The position numbers and the translations under genes are program-made. Below, in pieces: positions 24,206-37,010 of a stretch of 64,000 nt of DNA (positions are counted from its first letter, which is position 1; the number at the start of each line of letters is the position of its first letter). The stretch is from Amphiscolops sp. MND2022. Lineage: Eukaryota. A model generated the notes under the pieces. The model searched no databases, had not been told where the DNA came from, and worked only from the letters and a program-made list of their open reading frames with translations. The stretch spans positions 27,652,001 through 27,716,000 of the forward strand of contig OZ076414.1 of the NCBI GenBank assembly GCA_964187785.1. The letters run 5' to 3'.

Positions 24206-25761
24206 TGTCGCAGGCTGCCCCCTGTGACGGCATGTATTATCATATCATGCCAGAGAACGATAAAAGTATTCCTGGACCAGGAGTACTTCCAATATGAAGC
24301 AACCGAAAACAATACAACTTGCGTTATTTATTTCAATCTGAATGCAATCTCAAGTAAATTTGATTGAATCAGCAATTACATAATTACTTGCTACTGTATT
24401 TCAATATTTTGACCTTTGGTCAATTTGACAGCAAAGTATTACTCTAATTAGTCGAAATATTGTACTTATTGCTATTTCAGCTTCTATAATTTCATTTGCT
24501 TAGTAACTATATTACTTCGTCGGTGCGATAAATAGTTCAGGTGCAATACATTCGTAATTGGCCAATAAACAAAATTGTAAAGTGCTGTAATAGATAGCAG
24601 AACGAGTTGAAAGATTAGAAACGCGTTCAACTGTCCCAACACTGCAGTCGAGTTAACGCGTGGTCTAAATATTTTCCGACCAATCAGAACTCAGAATGAC
24701 CAATGCTTGCCGTCACACTGACGCTTGGTCAGAAATTTTATTTTACTGGAAATTGATGCTGCCACTTCATATAATGTTGATTTACTTTAGTATTAGCTAC
24801 ATGTAAGATATTATGATGCTAGTTAGATACTATTTATACCTCCCCTCCCAAAATGACGTAATGTCAACATGCCCCAATCTATATTTAGAATATGATGACT
24901 TAATATTTGGGCTGAAGCTATATTTAGCCTGACGTCAACCTAAATTTGGCTACCTGACGCAAAAATTTATGCATGTCATGCTGTTGTAACTATAAATACA
25001 CGGCACTTATTGTAAACGGGATTATTCATTGATAAAACGAAATACACTCAATACGCGAATCTGTTCATTTGTTTCTTCTGACAATTCCTTGTTGAACTCA
25101 AACTCTTCTTTTGAATATGCCTTCAACTAGAAAGCAGAAAGCCAAAGAGAAACGTTCCCGTCAGTCTGACGTCTTGTCAGATATTGAAAATCTTGATGTT
25201 ATGTTAGGAAGTTATCAAAGAGATAGCAGCGAAGTACGAGATAGAGCAAGTGAGAATGAAATTGAGTTAGAGTCAAATAGACGAGAAGAAAGTTCGAATC
25301 ATAATGAAAATGATTACAGGTCTCATTTAAATACTAACATTAGCGAAAATAGTGGAATGACTGTTGAAACTAGCAGAGCTATTAGTTCTGAGATTTCTTC
25401 ACAAAAGTCCGGAAATCTTGAGGAAATGCAAACCAGCCTAAATTCCCATATATTGGACGCTATCAATGCTGTGATAGAAAGGTGTTACCAAGCATCAAAA
25501 ATGCGTTTGAAACTCAAAATTGAGCTAAAAATATAAATTTGGACGTTCGGTCAGATGGACTGCATCCCGGTAATTCCAGCCAGGTTCGTCCTCAGAAGGA
25601 CCTTCAGTCAAATCGACTGCATTCAGAAAACGTCATCCACGTTACTGAGGATGTTCAAAATGATTTTCCCAGGTCAGTAACGATGAGAAGTGACCGAATA
25701 AATCACTGGAGAAAGAATTCAGTAGATTCTCACCACTGTGATGAAGAATATGGTTACGACA
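24206..25761 (+). mobile_element. Solo LTR, 1556 bp
   Basis: Termini TGTCG...CGACA; TSD GGGTG (24201-24205) versus GGGTA (25762-25766; GGGTG in array units 3, 5, 6); TATAAATA at 24991; MPSTRKQKAK ORF from ATG 25117. Confidence 0.9.
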
Positions 25762-28700
25762 GGGTAACAATGCTGTGAGAAAAACCCTTGTGAACATTCA
25801 TCACATACATTGTTACTTTGTCTGCATTTTTTTTCGAATATCTTGCGAGAGTTGATTGATCAGGATATTATTGTTACTGATGACAAAATCGTGCTAACTC
25901 TTTAGTTTCACTAAAAAGTCATAGACGCTTCACAAAATTGTTCGTAACTTTCAGCTGGTCTGTTTGAAAAACGTACACGACTCTTTTATCGGCAAGGTTG
26001 TTTCTTTGGTCACCGTGTAACAATGTCATATATAAGTTTTCATAAACATGACATTAACCTTTTTACCTAAACTCTATTGGGTACTCAAGGTCCACAAGGA
26101 TCCCAACGGTGACTTCATTTGGATTTTTCATAGTATCTATTGCATCCTGGAAAATATTTGAGACAAAAGGGTACGCTTAGTGTTTTTTTGGCACTGTGCG
26201 GCACTCTGCAGCGAGCGGTACTCTGCTGTGCGGCAAAAATTTGGCCTTTTTGACGGAAGAAAAATTGTTAAAAGTTCCAGACTTGGGGTCGTTTTGATGT
26301 TCTTAGTTTAGAAGAAACCTGGTTTAGAGTCTAATGGGTACCCATTCGGGTATTTTTCGCACTGTATGACAATTGAAAAATTCCACAATAGTTGTTTCTT
26401 GGATATTTCAAGCACTTTGCTGTTATTGCACCGTCTACTGGACGTCCGACTTGGGCGACTCAATACGCGAATCGGTTCATTTGTTTCTTCTGACAATTCC
26501 TTGTTGAACTCAAACTCCTCTTTTGAATATGCCTTCAACTAGAAAGCAGAAAGCCAAAGAGAAACGTTCCCGTCAGTCTGACGTCTTGTCAGATTTTGAA
26601 AATCTTGATGTTATGTTAGGAGGTTATCAAAGAGATAGCAGCGAAGTACAAGATAGAGCAAGTGAGAATGAAATTGACTTAAAGTCAAATAGACGAGAAG
26701 AAAGTTCGAATCATAATAAAATTGATTACAGGTCTTATTTAAATACTAACATTAGCGAAAATAGTGGAATGACTGTTGAAACTAGCAGAGCTATTAGTTC
26801 TGAGATTTCTTCACAAATGTCTAGAAAACTTGAGGAAATGCAAACCAGCCTGAATTCCCATATATTGGACGCTATCAATGCTGTGATAGAAAGGTGTTAC
26901 CAAGCATCAAAAATGCGGTTAAAACTCAAAATTGAGCTAAAAATATAAATTTGGACCTTCGGTCAGATGGACTACATCCGGGTAATTCCAGCCACGTTCG
27001 TCCTCAGAAGGACCTTCAGTCAAATCGACTGCATTCAGAAAACGTCATCCACGTTACTGAGGATGTTCAAAATGATTTTCCCAGGTCAGTAACGATGAGA
27101 AGTGACCGAATAAATCACTGGAGAGAGAATTCAGTAGATTCTCACCACTGTGATGAAGAATATGGTTACGACAGGGTAACAATGCTGTGGGAAAAACCCT
27201 TGTGAACATTCATCACATACATTGTTTATTTGTCTGCATTTTTTTCGAATATCTTGTGAGAGTTGATTGATCAGGATATTATTGTTACTGATGACAAAAA
27301 CGTGCTAACTCTTTAGTTTCACTAAAAAGTCATAGACGCTTCACAAAATTGTTCGTAACTTTCAGCTGGTCTGTTTGAAAAACGTACACGACTCTTTTAT
27401 CGGCAAGGTTGTTTCTTTGGTCACCGTGTAACAATGACATATATAAGTTTTCATAAACATGACATTAATCTTTTTACCTAAACTCTATTGGGTACTCAAG
27501 GTCCACAAGGATCCCAACGGTGACTTCATTTGGCTTTTTCATAGTATCTATTGCATCCTGGAAAATATTTGAGACAAAAGGGTACGCTTAGTGTTTTTTG
27601 GCACTGTGCGGCACTCTGCAGCGAGCGGTACTCTGCTGTGCGGCAAAAACTTGGCCTTTTTGACGGAAGAAAAATTGTTAAAAGTTCCAAACTTGGGGTC
27701 GTTCTGATTGGTTTAGTTTAGAAGAAACCTGGTTTAGAGTCTAATGGGTACCCATTCGGGTATTTTTCGCACTGTATGACAATTGAAAAATTCCACAATA
27801 GTTGTTTCTTGGATATTTCAAGCACTTTGCTGTTATTGCACCGTCTACTGGACGTCCGACTTGGGCGACTCAATACGCGAATCAGTTCATTTGTTTCTTC
27901 TGACAATTCCTTGTTGAACTCAAACTCCTCTTTTGAATATGCCTTCAACTAGAAAGCAGAAAGCCAAAGAGAAACGTTCCCGTCAGTCTGACGTCTTGTC
28001 AGATTTTGAAAATCTTGATGTTATGTTAGGAGGTTATCAAAGAAATAGCAGCGAAGTACAAGATAGAGCAAGTGAGAACGAAATTGACTTAGTCAAATAG
28101 ACGAGAAGAAAGTTCGAATCATAATAAAAATGATTACAGGTCTTATTTAAATACTAACATTAGCGAAAATAGTGGAATGACTGTTGAAACTAGCAGAGCT
28201 AATAGTTCTGAGATTTCTTCACAAATGTCAAGAAAACTTGAGGAAATGCAAACCAGCCTAAATTCCCATATATTGGACGCTATCAATGCTGTGATAGAAA
28301 GGTGTTACCAAGCATCAAAAATGCGGTTAAAACTCAAAATTGAGCTAAAAATATAAATTTGGACCTTCGGTCAGATGGACTGCATCCGGGTAATTCCAGC
28401 CAGGTTCGTCCTCAGAAGGACCTTCAGTCAAATCGACTGCATCCACAAAACGTCATCCACGTTACTGAGGATGTTCAGAATAATTTTCCCAGGTCAGTAA
28501 CGATGAGAAGTGACCGAATAAATCACTGTAGAGAGAATTCAGTAGATTCTCACCACTGTGAGGATGAATATGGTTACGACAGGGTGACAGTGCTGTGAGA
28601 AAAACCCTTGTGAACATTCATCACATTCATTGTTAATTTGTCTGCATTTTTTTCTCGAATATCTTGTGAAAGTTGATTGATCAGGTTGTTATTGTTACTG

Positions 28701-31700
28701 ATGACAAAAACGTGCTAACTCTTTAGTTTCACTAAAAAGTCATAGACGCTTCACAAAATTGTTCGTAACTTTCAGCTGGACTGTTTGAAAAACGTGCACG
28801 ACTCTTTTATCGGCAAGGTTGCTTCTTTGGTCACCGTGTAACAATGACATATATAAGTTTTCATAAACAAGACATTAACCTTTTTACCTAAACTCTATTG
28901 GGTACCCAAGGTCCACAAAGATCCCAACGGTGACTTCATTTGGCTTTTTCATAGTATCTATTGCATCCTGGAAAATATTTGAGACAAAAGGGTCCGCTTA
29001 GTGTTTTTTTGACACTGTGCGGCACTCTGCAGCGAGCGGTACTCTGCTGTGCGGCAAAAATTTGGCCTTTTTGACGGAAGAAAAATTGTTAAATTTCCAA
29101 ACTTGGGGTCGTTCTGATGTTCTTAGTTTAGAAGAAACCTGGTTTAGAGTCTAATGGGTACCCATTCGGGCATTTTTCGCACTGTATGACAATTGAACAG
29201 TTCCACAATAGTTGTTTCTTGGATATTTCAAGCACTTTGCTCTTATTGCACCGTCAACTGGACGTCCGACTTGGGCGACTCAATACGCGAATCGGTTCAT
29301 TTGTTTCTTCTGACAATTCCTTGTTGAACGCAAACTCCTCTTTTGAATATGCCTTCAACTAGAAAGCAGAAAGCCAAAGAGAATTGATCCCGTCAGTCTG
29401 GCGTCTTGTCAGATATTGAAAATCTTGATGTTATGTTAGGAAGTTATCAACGAGATAGCAGCGAAGTACAAGATAGAGCAAGTGAGAACGAAATTGACTT
29501 AGAGTCAAATAGACGAGAAGAGAGTTCGAATCATAATAAAAATGATTACAGGTCTTATTTAAACACTAACATTAGCGAAAATAGTGGAATGACTGTTGAA
29601 ACTAGCAGAGCTAATAGTTCTGAGATTTCTTCACAAATGTCAAGAAAACTTGAGGAAATGCAAACCAGCCTAAATTCCCATATATTGGACGCTATCAATG
29701 CTGTGATAGAAAGGTGTTACCAAGCATCAAAAATGCGGTTAAAACTCAAAATTGAGCTAAAAATATAAATTTGGACCTTCGGTCAGATGGACTGCATCCG
29801 GGTAATTCCAGCCAGGTTCGTCCTCAGAAGGACCTTCAGTCAAATCGACTGCATTCAGAAAACGTCATCCACGTTACTGAGGATGTTCAAAATGATTTTC
29901 CCAGGTCAGTAACGATGAGAAGTGACCGAATAAATCACTGGAGAGAGAATTCAGTAGATTCTCACCACTGTGATGAAGAATATGGTTACGACAGGGTAAC
30001 AATGCTGTGAGAAAAACCCTTGTGAACATTCATCACATACATTGTTTATTTGTCTGCATTTTTTTTCGAATATCTTGTGAGAGTTGATTGATCAGGATAT
30101 TATTGTTACTGATGACAAAAACGTGCTAACTCTTTAGTTTCACTAAAAAGTCATAGACGCTTCACAAAATTGTTCGTAACTTTCAGCTGGTCTGTTTGAA
30201 AAACGTACACGACTCTTTTATCGGCAAGGTTGTTTCTTTGGTCACCGTGTAACAATGACATATATAAGTTTTCATAAACATGACTTTAACCTTTTTACCT
30301 AAACTCTATTGGGTACTCAAGGTCCACAAGGATCCCAACGGTGACTTCATTTGGCTTTTTAATAGTATCTATTGCATCCTGGAAAATATTTGAGACAAAA
30401 GGGTACGCTTAGTGTTTTTTTGGCACTGTGCGGCACTCTGCAGCGAGCGGTACTCTGCTGTGCGGCAAAAACTTGGCCTTTTTGACGGAAGAAAAATTGT
30501 TAAAAGTTCCAAACTTGGGGTCGTTCTGATTAGTTTAGTTTAGAAGAAACCTGGTTTAGAGTCTAATGGGTACCCATTCGGGTATTTTTCGCACTGTATG
30601 ACCATTGAAAAATTCCACAATAGTTGTTTCTTGGATATTTCAAGCACTTTGCTGTTATTGCACCGTCTACTGGACGTCCGACTTGGGCGACTCAATACGC
30701 GAATCGGTTCATTTGTTTCTTCTGACAATTCCTTGTTGAACTCAAACTCCTCTTTTGAATATGCCTTCAACTAGAAAGCAGAAAGCCAAAGAGAAACGTT
30801 CCCGTCAGTCTGACGTCTTGTCAGATTTTGAAAATCTTGATGTTATGTTAGGAGGTTATCAAAGAAATAGCAGCGAAGTACAAGATAGAGCAAGTGAGAA
30901 CGAAATTGACTTAGTCAAATAGACGAGAAGAAAGTTCGAATCATAATAAAAATGATTACAGGTCTTATTTAAATACTAACATTAGCGAAAATAGTGGAAT
31001 GACTGTTGAAACTAGCAGAGCTAATAGTTCTGAGATTTCTTCACAAATGTCTAGAAAACTTGAGGAAATGGAAACCAGCCTAAATTCCCATATATTGGAC
31101 GCTATCAATGCTGTGATGGAAAGGTGTTACCAAGCATCAAAAATGCGGTTAAAACTCAAAATTGAGCTAAAAATATAAATTTGGACCTTCGGTCAGATGG
31201 ACTGCATCCGGGTAATTCCAGCCAGGTTCGTCCTCAGAAGGACCTTCAGTCAAATCGACTGCATCCACAAAACGTCATCCACGTTACTGAGGATGTTCAG
31301 AATAATTTTCCCAGGTCAGTAACGATGAGAAGTGACCGAATAAATCACTGTAGAGAGAATTCAGTAGATTCTCACCACTGTGAGGATGAATATGGTTACG
31401 ACAGGGTGACAGTGCTGTGAGAAAAACCCTTGTGAACATTCATCACATTCATTGTTAATTTGTCTGCATTTTTTTCTCGAATATCTTGTGAAAGTTGATT
31501 GATCAGGTTGTTATTGTTACTGATGACAAAAACGTGCTAACTCTTTAGTTTCACTAAAAAGTCATAGACGCTTCACAAAATTGTTCGTAACTTTCAGCTG
31601 GACTGTTTGAAAAACGTGCACGACTCTTTTATCGGCAAGGTTGCTTCTTTGGTCACCGTGTAACAATGACATATATAAGTTTTCATAAACATGACATTAA

Positions 31701-33510
31701 CCTTTTTACCTAAACTCTATTGGGTACCCAAGGTCCACAAAGATTCCAACGGTGACTTCATTTGGCTTTTTCATAGTATCTATTGCATCCTGGAAAATAT
31801 TTGAGACAAAAGGGTCCGCTTAGTGTTTTTTTGACACTGTGCGGCACTCTGCAGCGAGCGGTACTCTGCTGTGCGGCAAAAATTTGGCCTTTTTGACGGA
31901 AGAAAAATTGTTAAATTTCCAAACTTGGGGTCGTTCTGATGTTCTTAGTTTAGAAGAAACCTGGTTTAGAGTCTAATGGGTACCCATTCGGGCATTTTTC
32001 GCACTGTATGACAATTGAACAGTTCCACAATAGTTTTTTCTTGGATATTTCAAGCACTTTGCTCTTATTGCACCGTCAACTGGACGTCCGACTTGGGCGA
32101 CTCAATACGCGAATCGGTTCATTTGTTTCTTCTGACAATTCCTTGTTGAACGCAAACTCCTCTTTTGAATATGCCTTCAACTAGAAAGCAGAAAGCCAAA
32201 GAGAATTGTTCCCGTCAGTCTGGCGTCTTGTCAGATATTGAAAATCTTGATGTTATGTTAGGAAGTTATCAACGAGATAGCAGCGAAGTACAAGATAGAG
32301 CAAGTGAGAACGAAATTGACTTAGAGTCAAATAGACGAGAAGAAAGTTCGAATCATAATAAAAATGATTACAGGTCTTATTTAAACACTAACATTAGCGA
32401 AAATAGTGGAATGACTGTTGAAACTAGCAGAGCTAATAGTTCTGAGATTTCTTCACAAATGTCAAGAAAACTTGAGGAAATGCAAACCAGCCTAAATTCC
32501 CATATATTGGACGCTATCAATGCTGTGATAGAAAGGTGTTACCAAGCATCAAAAATGCGGTTAAAACTCAAAATTGAGCTAAAAATATAAATTTGGACCT
32601 TCGGTCAGATGGACTGCATCCGGGTAATTCCAGCCAGGTTCGTCCTCAGAAGGACCTTCAGTCAAATCGACTGCATCCACAAAACGTCATCCACGTTACT
32701 GAGGATGTTCAGAATAATTTTCCCAGGTCAGTAACGATGAGAAGTGACCGAATAAATCACTGTAGAGAGAATTCAGTAGATTCTCACCACTGTGAGGATG
32801 AATATGGTTACGACAGGGTGACAGTGCTGTGAGAAAAACCCTTGTGAACATTCATCACATTCATTGTTAATTTGTCTGCATTTTTTTCTCGAATATCTTG
32901 TGAAAGTTGATTGATCAGGTTATTATTGTTACTGATGACAAAAACGTGCTAACTCTTTAGTTTCACTAAAAAGTCATAGACGCTTCACAAAATTGTTCGT
33001 AACTTTCAGCTGGTCTGTTTGAAAAACGTGCACGACTCTTTTATCGGCAAGGTTGTTTCTTTGGTCACCGTGTAACAATGACATATATAAGTTTTCATAA
33101 ACATGACATTAACCTTTTTACCTAAACTCTATTGGGTACCCAAGGTCCACAAGGATCCCAACGGTGACTTCATTTGGCTTTTTTATAGTATCTATTGCAT
33201 CCTGGAAAATATTTGAGACAAAAGGGTCCGCTTAGTGTTTTTTTGGCACTGTGCGGCACTCTGCAGCGAGCGGTACTCTGCTGTGCGGCAAAAATTTGGC
33301 CTTTTTGACGGAAGAAAAATTGTTAAAATTTCCAAACTTGGGGTCGTTCTGATGTTCTTAGTTTAGAAGAAACCTGGTTTAGAGTCTAATGGGTACCCAT
33401 TCGGGCATTTTTCGCACTGTATGACAATTGAAAAGTTCCACAATAGTTGTTTCTTGGATATTTCAAGCACTTTGCTCTTATTGCACCGTCATCTGGACGC
33501 CGACTTGGGC
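25046..33510. repeat. Six-copy tandem array of a 1410-1412 bp composite unit
   Basis: Units start at 25046, 26458, 27868, 29278, 30690, 32100; each is the LTR 3' half + flank + DNA-transposon-like terminal sequence. Confidence 0.98.
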
Positions 33511-33851
33511 CGTTCCCGGCTTGTTGAATGGTACGAAGATGGAATTTTTCTATTTACTAGCGGGATTTACTGTTTTTTTCGTTTTCTAGCAGAAATGATT
33601 GTCATCCATGCTGGCGCCCACCAAATTTCCATTAAAATCAATTAAACCGGTAAAAGTCGTAGCGGTACTGAGATCCCATGGACTCCCATACATTTGGATA
33701 CAAAAAAGCGTTTCCATGGACGGCCCATCGAAGGGACATTGATGGTCCATCGATGGGGGAGAAAAACGGACATGTCTGAAAAATTCGAATTGCGCCGGAA
33801 GCTTGGTTGATTTTATATAAGCGTGTCTCTTTCAGGTTTTTGGGAGGACGG

Positions 33852-33957
33852 AATAAGATCTAACGCCTAAGATCTAACGGAATAAGATCTAAAGATCTAA
33901 CATGCTAAATAATCACCTCACGCCTAAGATCTAATTTAAGAAATCTAAGACCTAAAA
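33852..33957. repeat. AAGATCTAA motif cluster
   Basis: Five to six copies directly upstream of the MULE-like ORF. Confidence 0.8.
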
Positions 33958-33991
33958 TAGTCAAACAAAAACTTATACTTTTTTCAGGTTT

Positions 33992-34495
33992 GTGATGCCT
34001 AACTACAAAATAATTGAAGGTAAACGGAAATATTACAAGAACTATGTTTCCGAGGGTTTTATTTACACCAAAAACAACCGAGACGCCCTGAAAATTCGGC
34101 TTTGTTGTCATCGCTGGCCTGATGGGTGCAAAAGCACAGCCCATTTTATTGACGATAACCTATCAATCATGCAAAAATGTGACCTTGGGCCGGAAGAGCA
34201 GGAGGCAGAGAAAACTTCATCTCACAAAGAAAAGCTCCAACCCTTCTCTAAAATAAATTCTACCTTGGAGAAAAGAAGAAAGGTTCCCCCACCGTGTAAA
34301 CCCAAACTGTGTATTGTTGATTTCGAAACAGCTTTGTATCCATCTATACTTTTCACATTCGAGTGCTGCTACTTCCATTACCGGCAAGCCCTCAGGAGAA
34401 AATGGACCCAACTAGGGCTGTCAGGCCAGGATACCCGACAAATTAATAATGTCCCTCCCAATGTTGCCTCCCGAAGATATATTATCAGCGTTTAA
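33992..34495 (+). pseudogene. Internally deleted Mutator-like (MULE) transposase with FLYWCH-type finger
   Basis: GFIYTKN...RLCCHRW..GCKSTA (FLYWCH-like) fused directly to IVDFETAL and CCYFHYRQALRRK (MULE core motifs); far shorter than a full transposase. Confidence 0.72.
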
Positions 34496-35691
34496 TAAAC
34501 TTTCCCCTACGAGTGAAACACGAACCGGGTCCAAGGGGGATGATCTTGTAAGCTTTTATAATTATAAGGACTTATTCCGTCTTCCACATATTTTTTGGTA
34601 GTTTGGGTTACCTTAATGACACCGGTAGCATTAAGGACGCTTTTCGGCACCGTTGCCTGAAGCCGCTTGATAGGTTAGATTTTCAGGTATTTTCAGGTAT
34701 TTTTGGGGTTTGATTAACAGTCAGAAAAAGGGATAATTTTAGGGCTAAATTTGGTACATTCTATATAATATTTATGTTTTGTTAACATCTGTGTTTTCTC
34801 ACAAGCAGATGGTTTTCCAATCATTTAAAGCTCTATTCCGTCGTATTTTGATGCGTATTTTTGCAGTTTTGTCAGTTTTTTTTTGATTGAGCAGAGAAAA
34901 ACTACCGTATTTTTGATCAGATTTTCATATTTCGAAGGTTAAATTTTTGCTTATTTCAGATCTTCTAGTTTCATTCTGTTTCAATCGTACTTCACTTTTT
35001 CAGATATTTGTTTGTTCCGTTTTGGGGATGCCATCTCAATCGAAGGGTTATTAATTTTTTTGTTACACTATTTCAAGTCAGGATTTCGATATGCTACTGT
35101 TTGTTATGGAATTATGTATTTGGGAATCCGTCAATCGATTCCTGATACATTTCTTACATTCTGAGCATTCTCTTGAGCTTATACTGTCATGTAAATAAGT
35201 TATGTCCAATATTTTTTCATATAAGTCCCTTAGAAAGGTGTTTTTTATACCCTGGCAAAAATTGCGATGGCCCATCGACGGGAGCTCAACATGGTCCCAT
35301 CGATGGCCCATGGATGAGCTGCTCTGAGATCCTAACTCGGGTATATCTGAACATTTAGACAAAATTTTAAATTGAAACAACTTCTCTTTGTATCGTTTTG
35401 AAACGAAAACCATATGAATTTCCTTTCAAGTGACAATATTCGTCATAATTGTGGGAAATCAGTAATCAAACGTGAGCCGCTTTTGAACGTGGTGCTCGTG
35501 ACTGTGGTGCTTTTGACGGGGAACTGTTTTGCCAAAAAGTGCATAAGAGTGCTTGTTGTTCATTTTGATCTGATTGTAATAAGAGCCACAGTGAGGTTGT
35601 AATATCTGTCGTTTTTGGAGACACGTAAACGTTCGCAAAAAATACTCTAGTGGAGAAACTATGAAGTTCTTAGAAACTTAAGACCAGCTGT

Positions 35692-37010
35692 TGTAAAAAA
35701 TAACCAGGAGTCGAAAAATGTTTTGCAGTGACCAGACATTAGGATACACATACCGGTAAAGTGGATTTCAGTCACGCAGCGTAATCTGTTTATTCCGTAA
35801 AATGGTCATTCAGCGTAAGACAGTCAAGACGGTCTATGCCTGGACGGTGTAGCTGTGTCAACACGCGTAATGGAAAATAGTGTAAACTAGACAAGGCGCG
35901 TAGTTAGTGAAAAGTGGAAGTTAGTCCAAAAATAATTTTTTTCTAACTTTGACTAACTTCCACTTATTGCAAGTATGGCGACGATGCTTCCCTGAAGCAA
36001 CAGTTTCTCAAAATTGCCCTGAAGTGTTCCTAGAGGACAAACTCTAAACGTAGACTATTTATGTTATGTTTATTTACAGATGATTAGTCTGTAGAACCAC
36101 TGAAGTACCTGTCACTTTATATTGCACTCTGTATGTAAGTTACATTTAGTAACATGAATTTAGTGCTAACAATACAGTTTTACGTCAACGAACTTTCTTA
36201 CTTGGAACAAGCATATGACATGACGCAGTCAGATTAACCCTTGGCTGGATCCTATCGAAAAGAATATCCAAACCCTCCAGGAATGGACGATACAAAGAAC
36301 ATGCCACCGCAGAACGGTGACCAATCTCACCAAACGACGGGACAAGTTTCGAGCAAGGAGCTACTGTTCAATGATACGACATCGAGAGCTGGAGAACGGA
36401 CTTGTACTCAAAAGCTCACCATACCAAGTCTGGAGAAATATCACAACTCTAGCGGCAACCTGTGGTGGCGCAAGTTTGTTCAATACATAAAAATGACGAA
36501 CGAAATCAACAAATCATCAATGGTAAATTCAAAGGAAATTCTACCACAATACCTTGACCAGCTGGGGACCGAATTCAAAGACATATTCTTGTTGAGAATC
36601 GGTCAAAATGCAATCACGGAGATGACAAAAACCACAAGTGAAAGGATCTAGGTCCCTACCACTGTACAAGTTGTACACCTCATTCAGACTACACTACACA
36701 CTGGAGAGAAATGAACAACACAGTCGGGTCGAGATATTCGACTTAGAAAGGGAAAGCGGTGAATCAGCAGCACGTCTGGAAAAGGATACTAGAAGTCGAA
36801 AAGAATTCCGAATTTGAAAATGTCACAGCCACAAAACTTCTAGCATCAAAATTCCCATCACTCATAGAAGAATCCACGGGAGATTACGAGCTGAAAAAAA
36901 ACGCATAAGTGACATGTCGGTCGAAGCAATAACAGAAGTCATACATGAATGTGAGAAATTATTTGACCCGCCAGAAACAGAAGAAGAGAAGAGAGTTCGA
37001 CATGTCAAGA
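35692..37010 (+). mobile_element. gag: Gypsy 5' LTR, PBS and gag remnant (3'-truncated)
   Basis: TGTAAA (35692)...TATGACA (36220), then PBS-like TGACGCAGTCAG; gag-like ORF remnants 36241-36651 (LWWRKFVQYIKMT) and 36914 onward. Confidence 0.68.

Noticed and set aside
25762-25775. GGGT(G/A)ACA after the LTR end as a degenerate PBS
   Set aside because: GGGTG matches the 5 bp left of the LTR (24201-24205), so it is the TSD.
25850-26045. LHGD-containing minus-strand frame resembling a DEAD-box helicase C-terminus
   Set aside because: Only one short motif with stops nearby; not distinguishable from chance without an HMM search.
26308-26538. Recurrent 76-aa minus-strand ORF (MKAYSKEEF...) in array units
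   Set aside because: It spans the artificial unit junction and is lost in other units.
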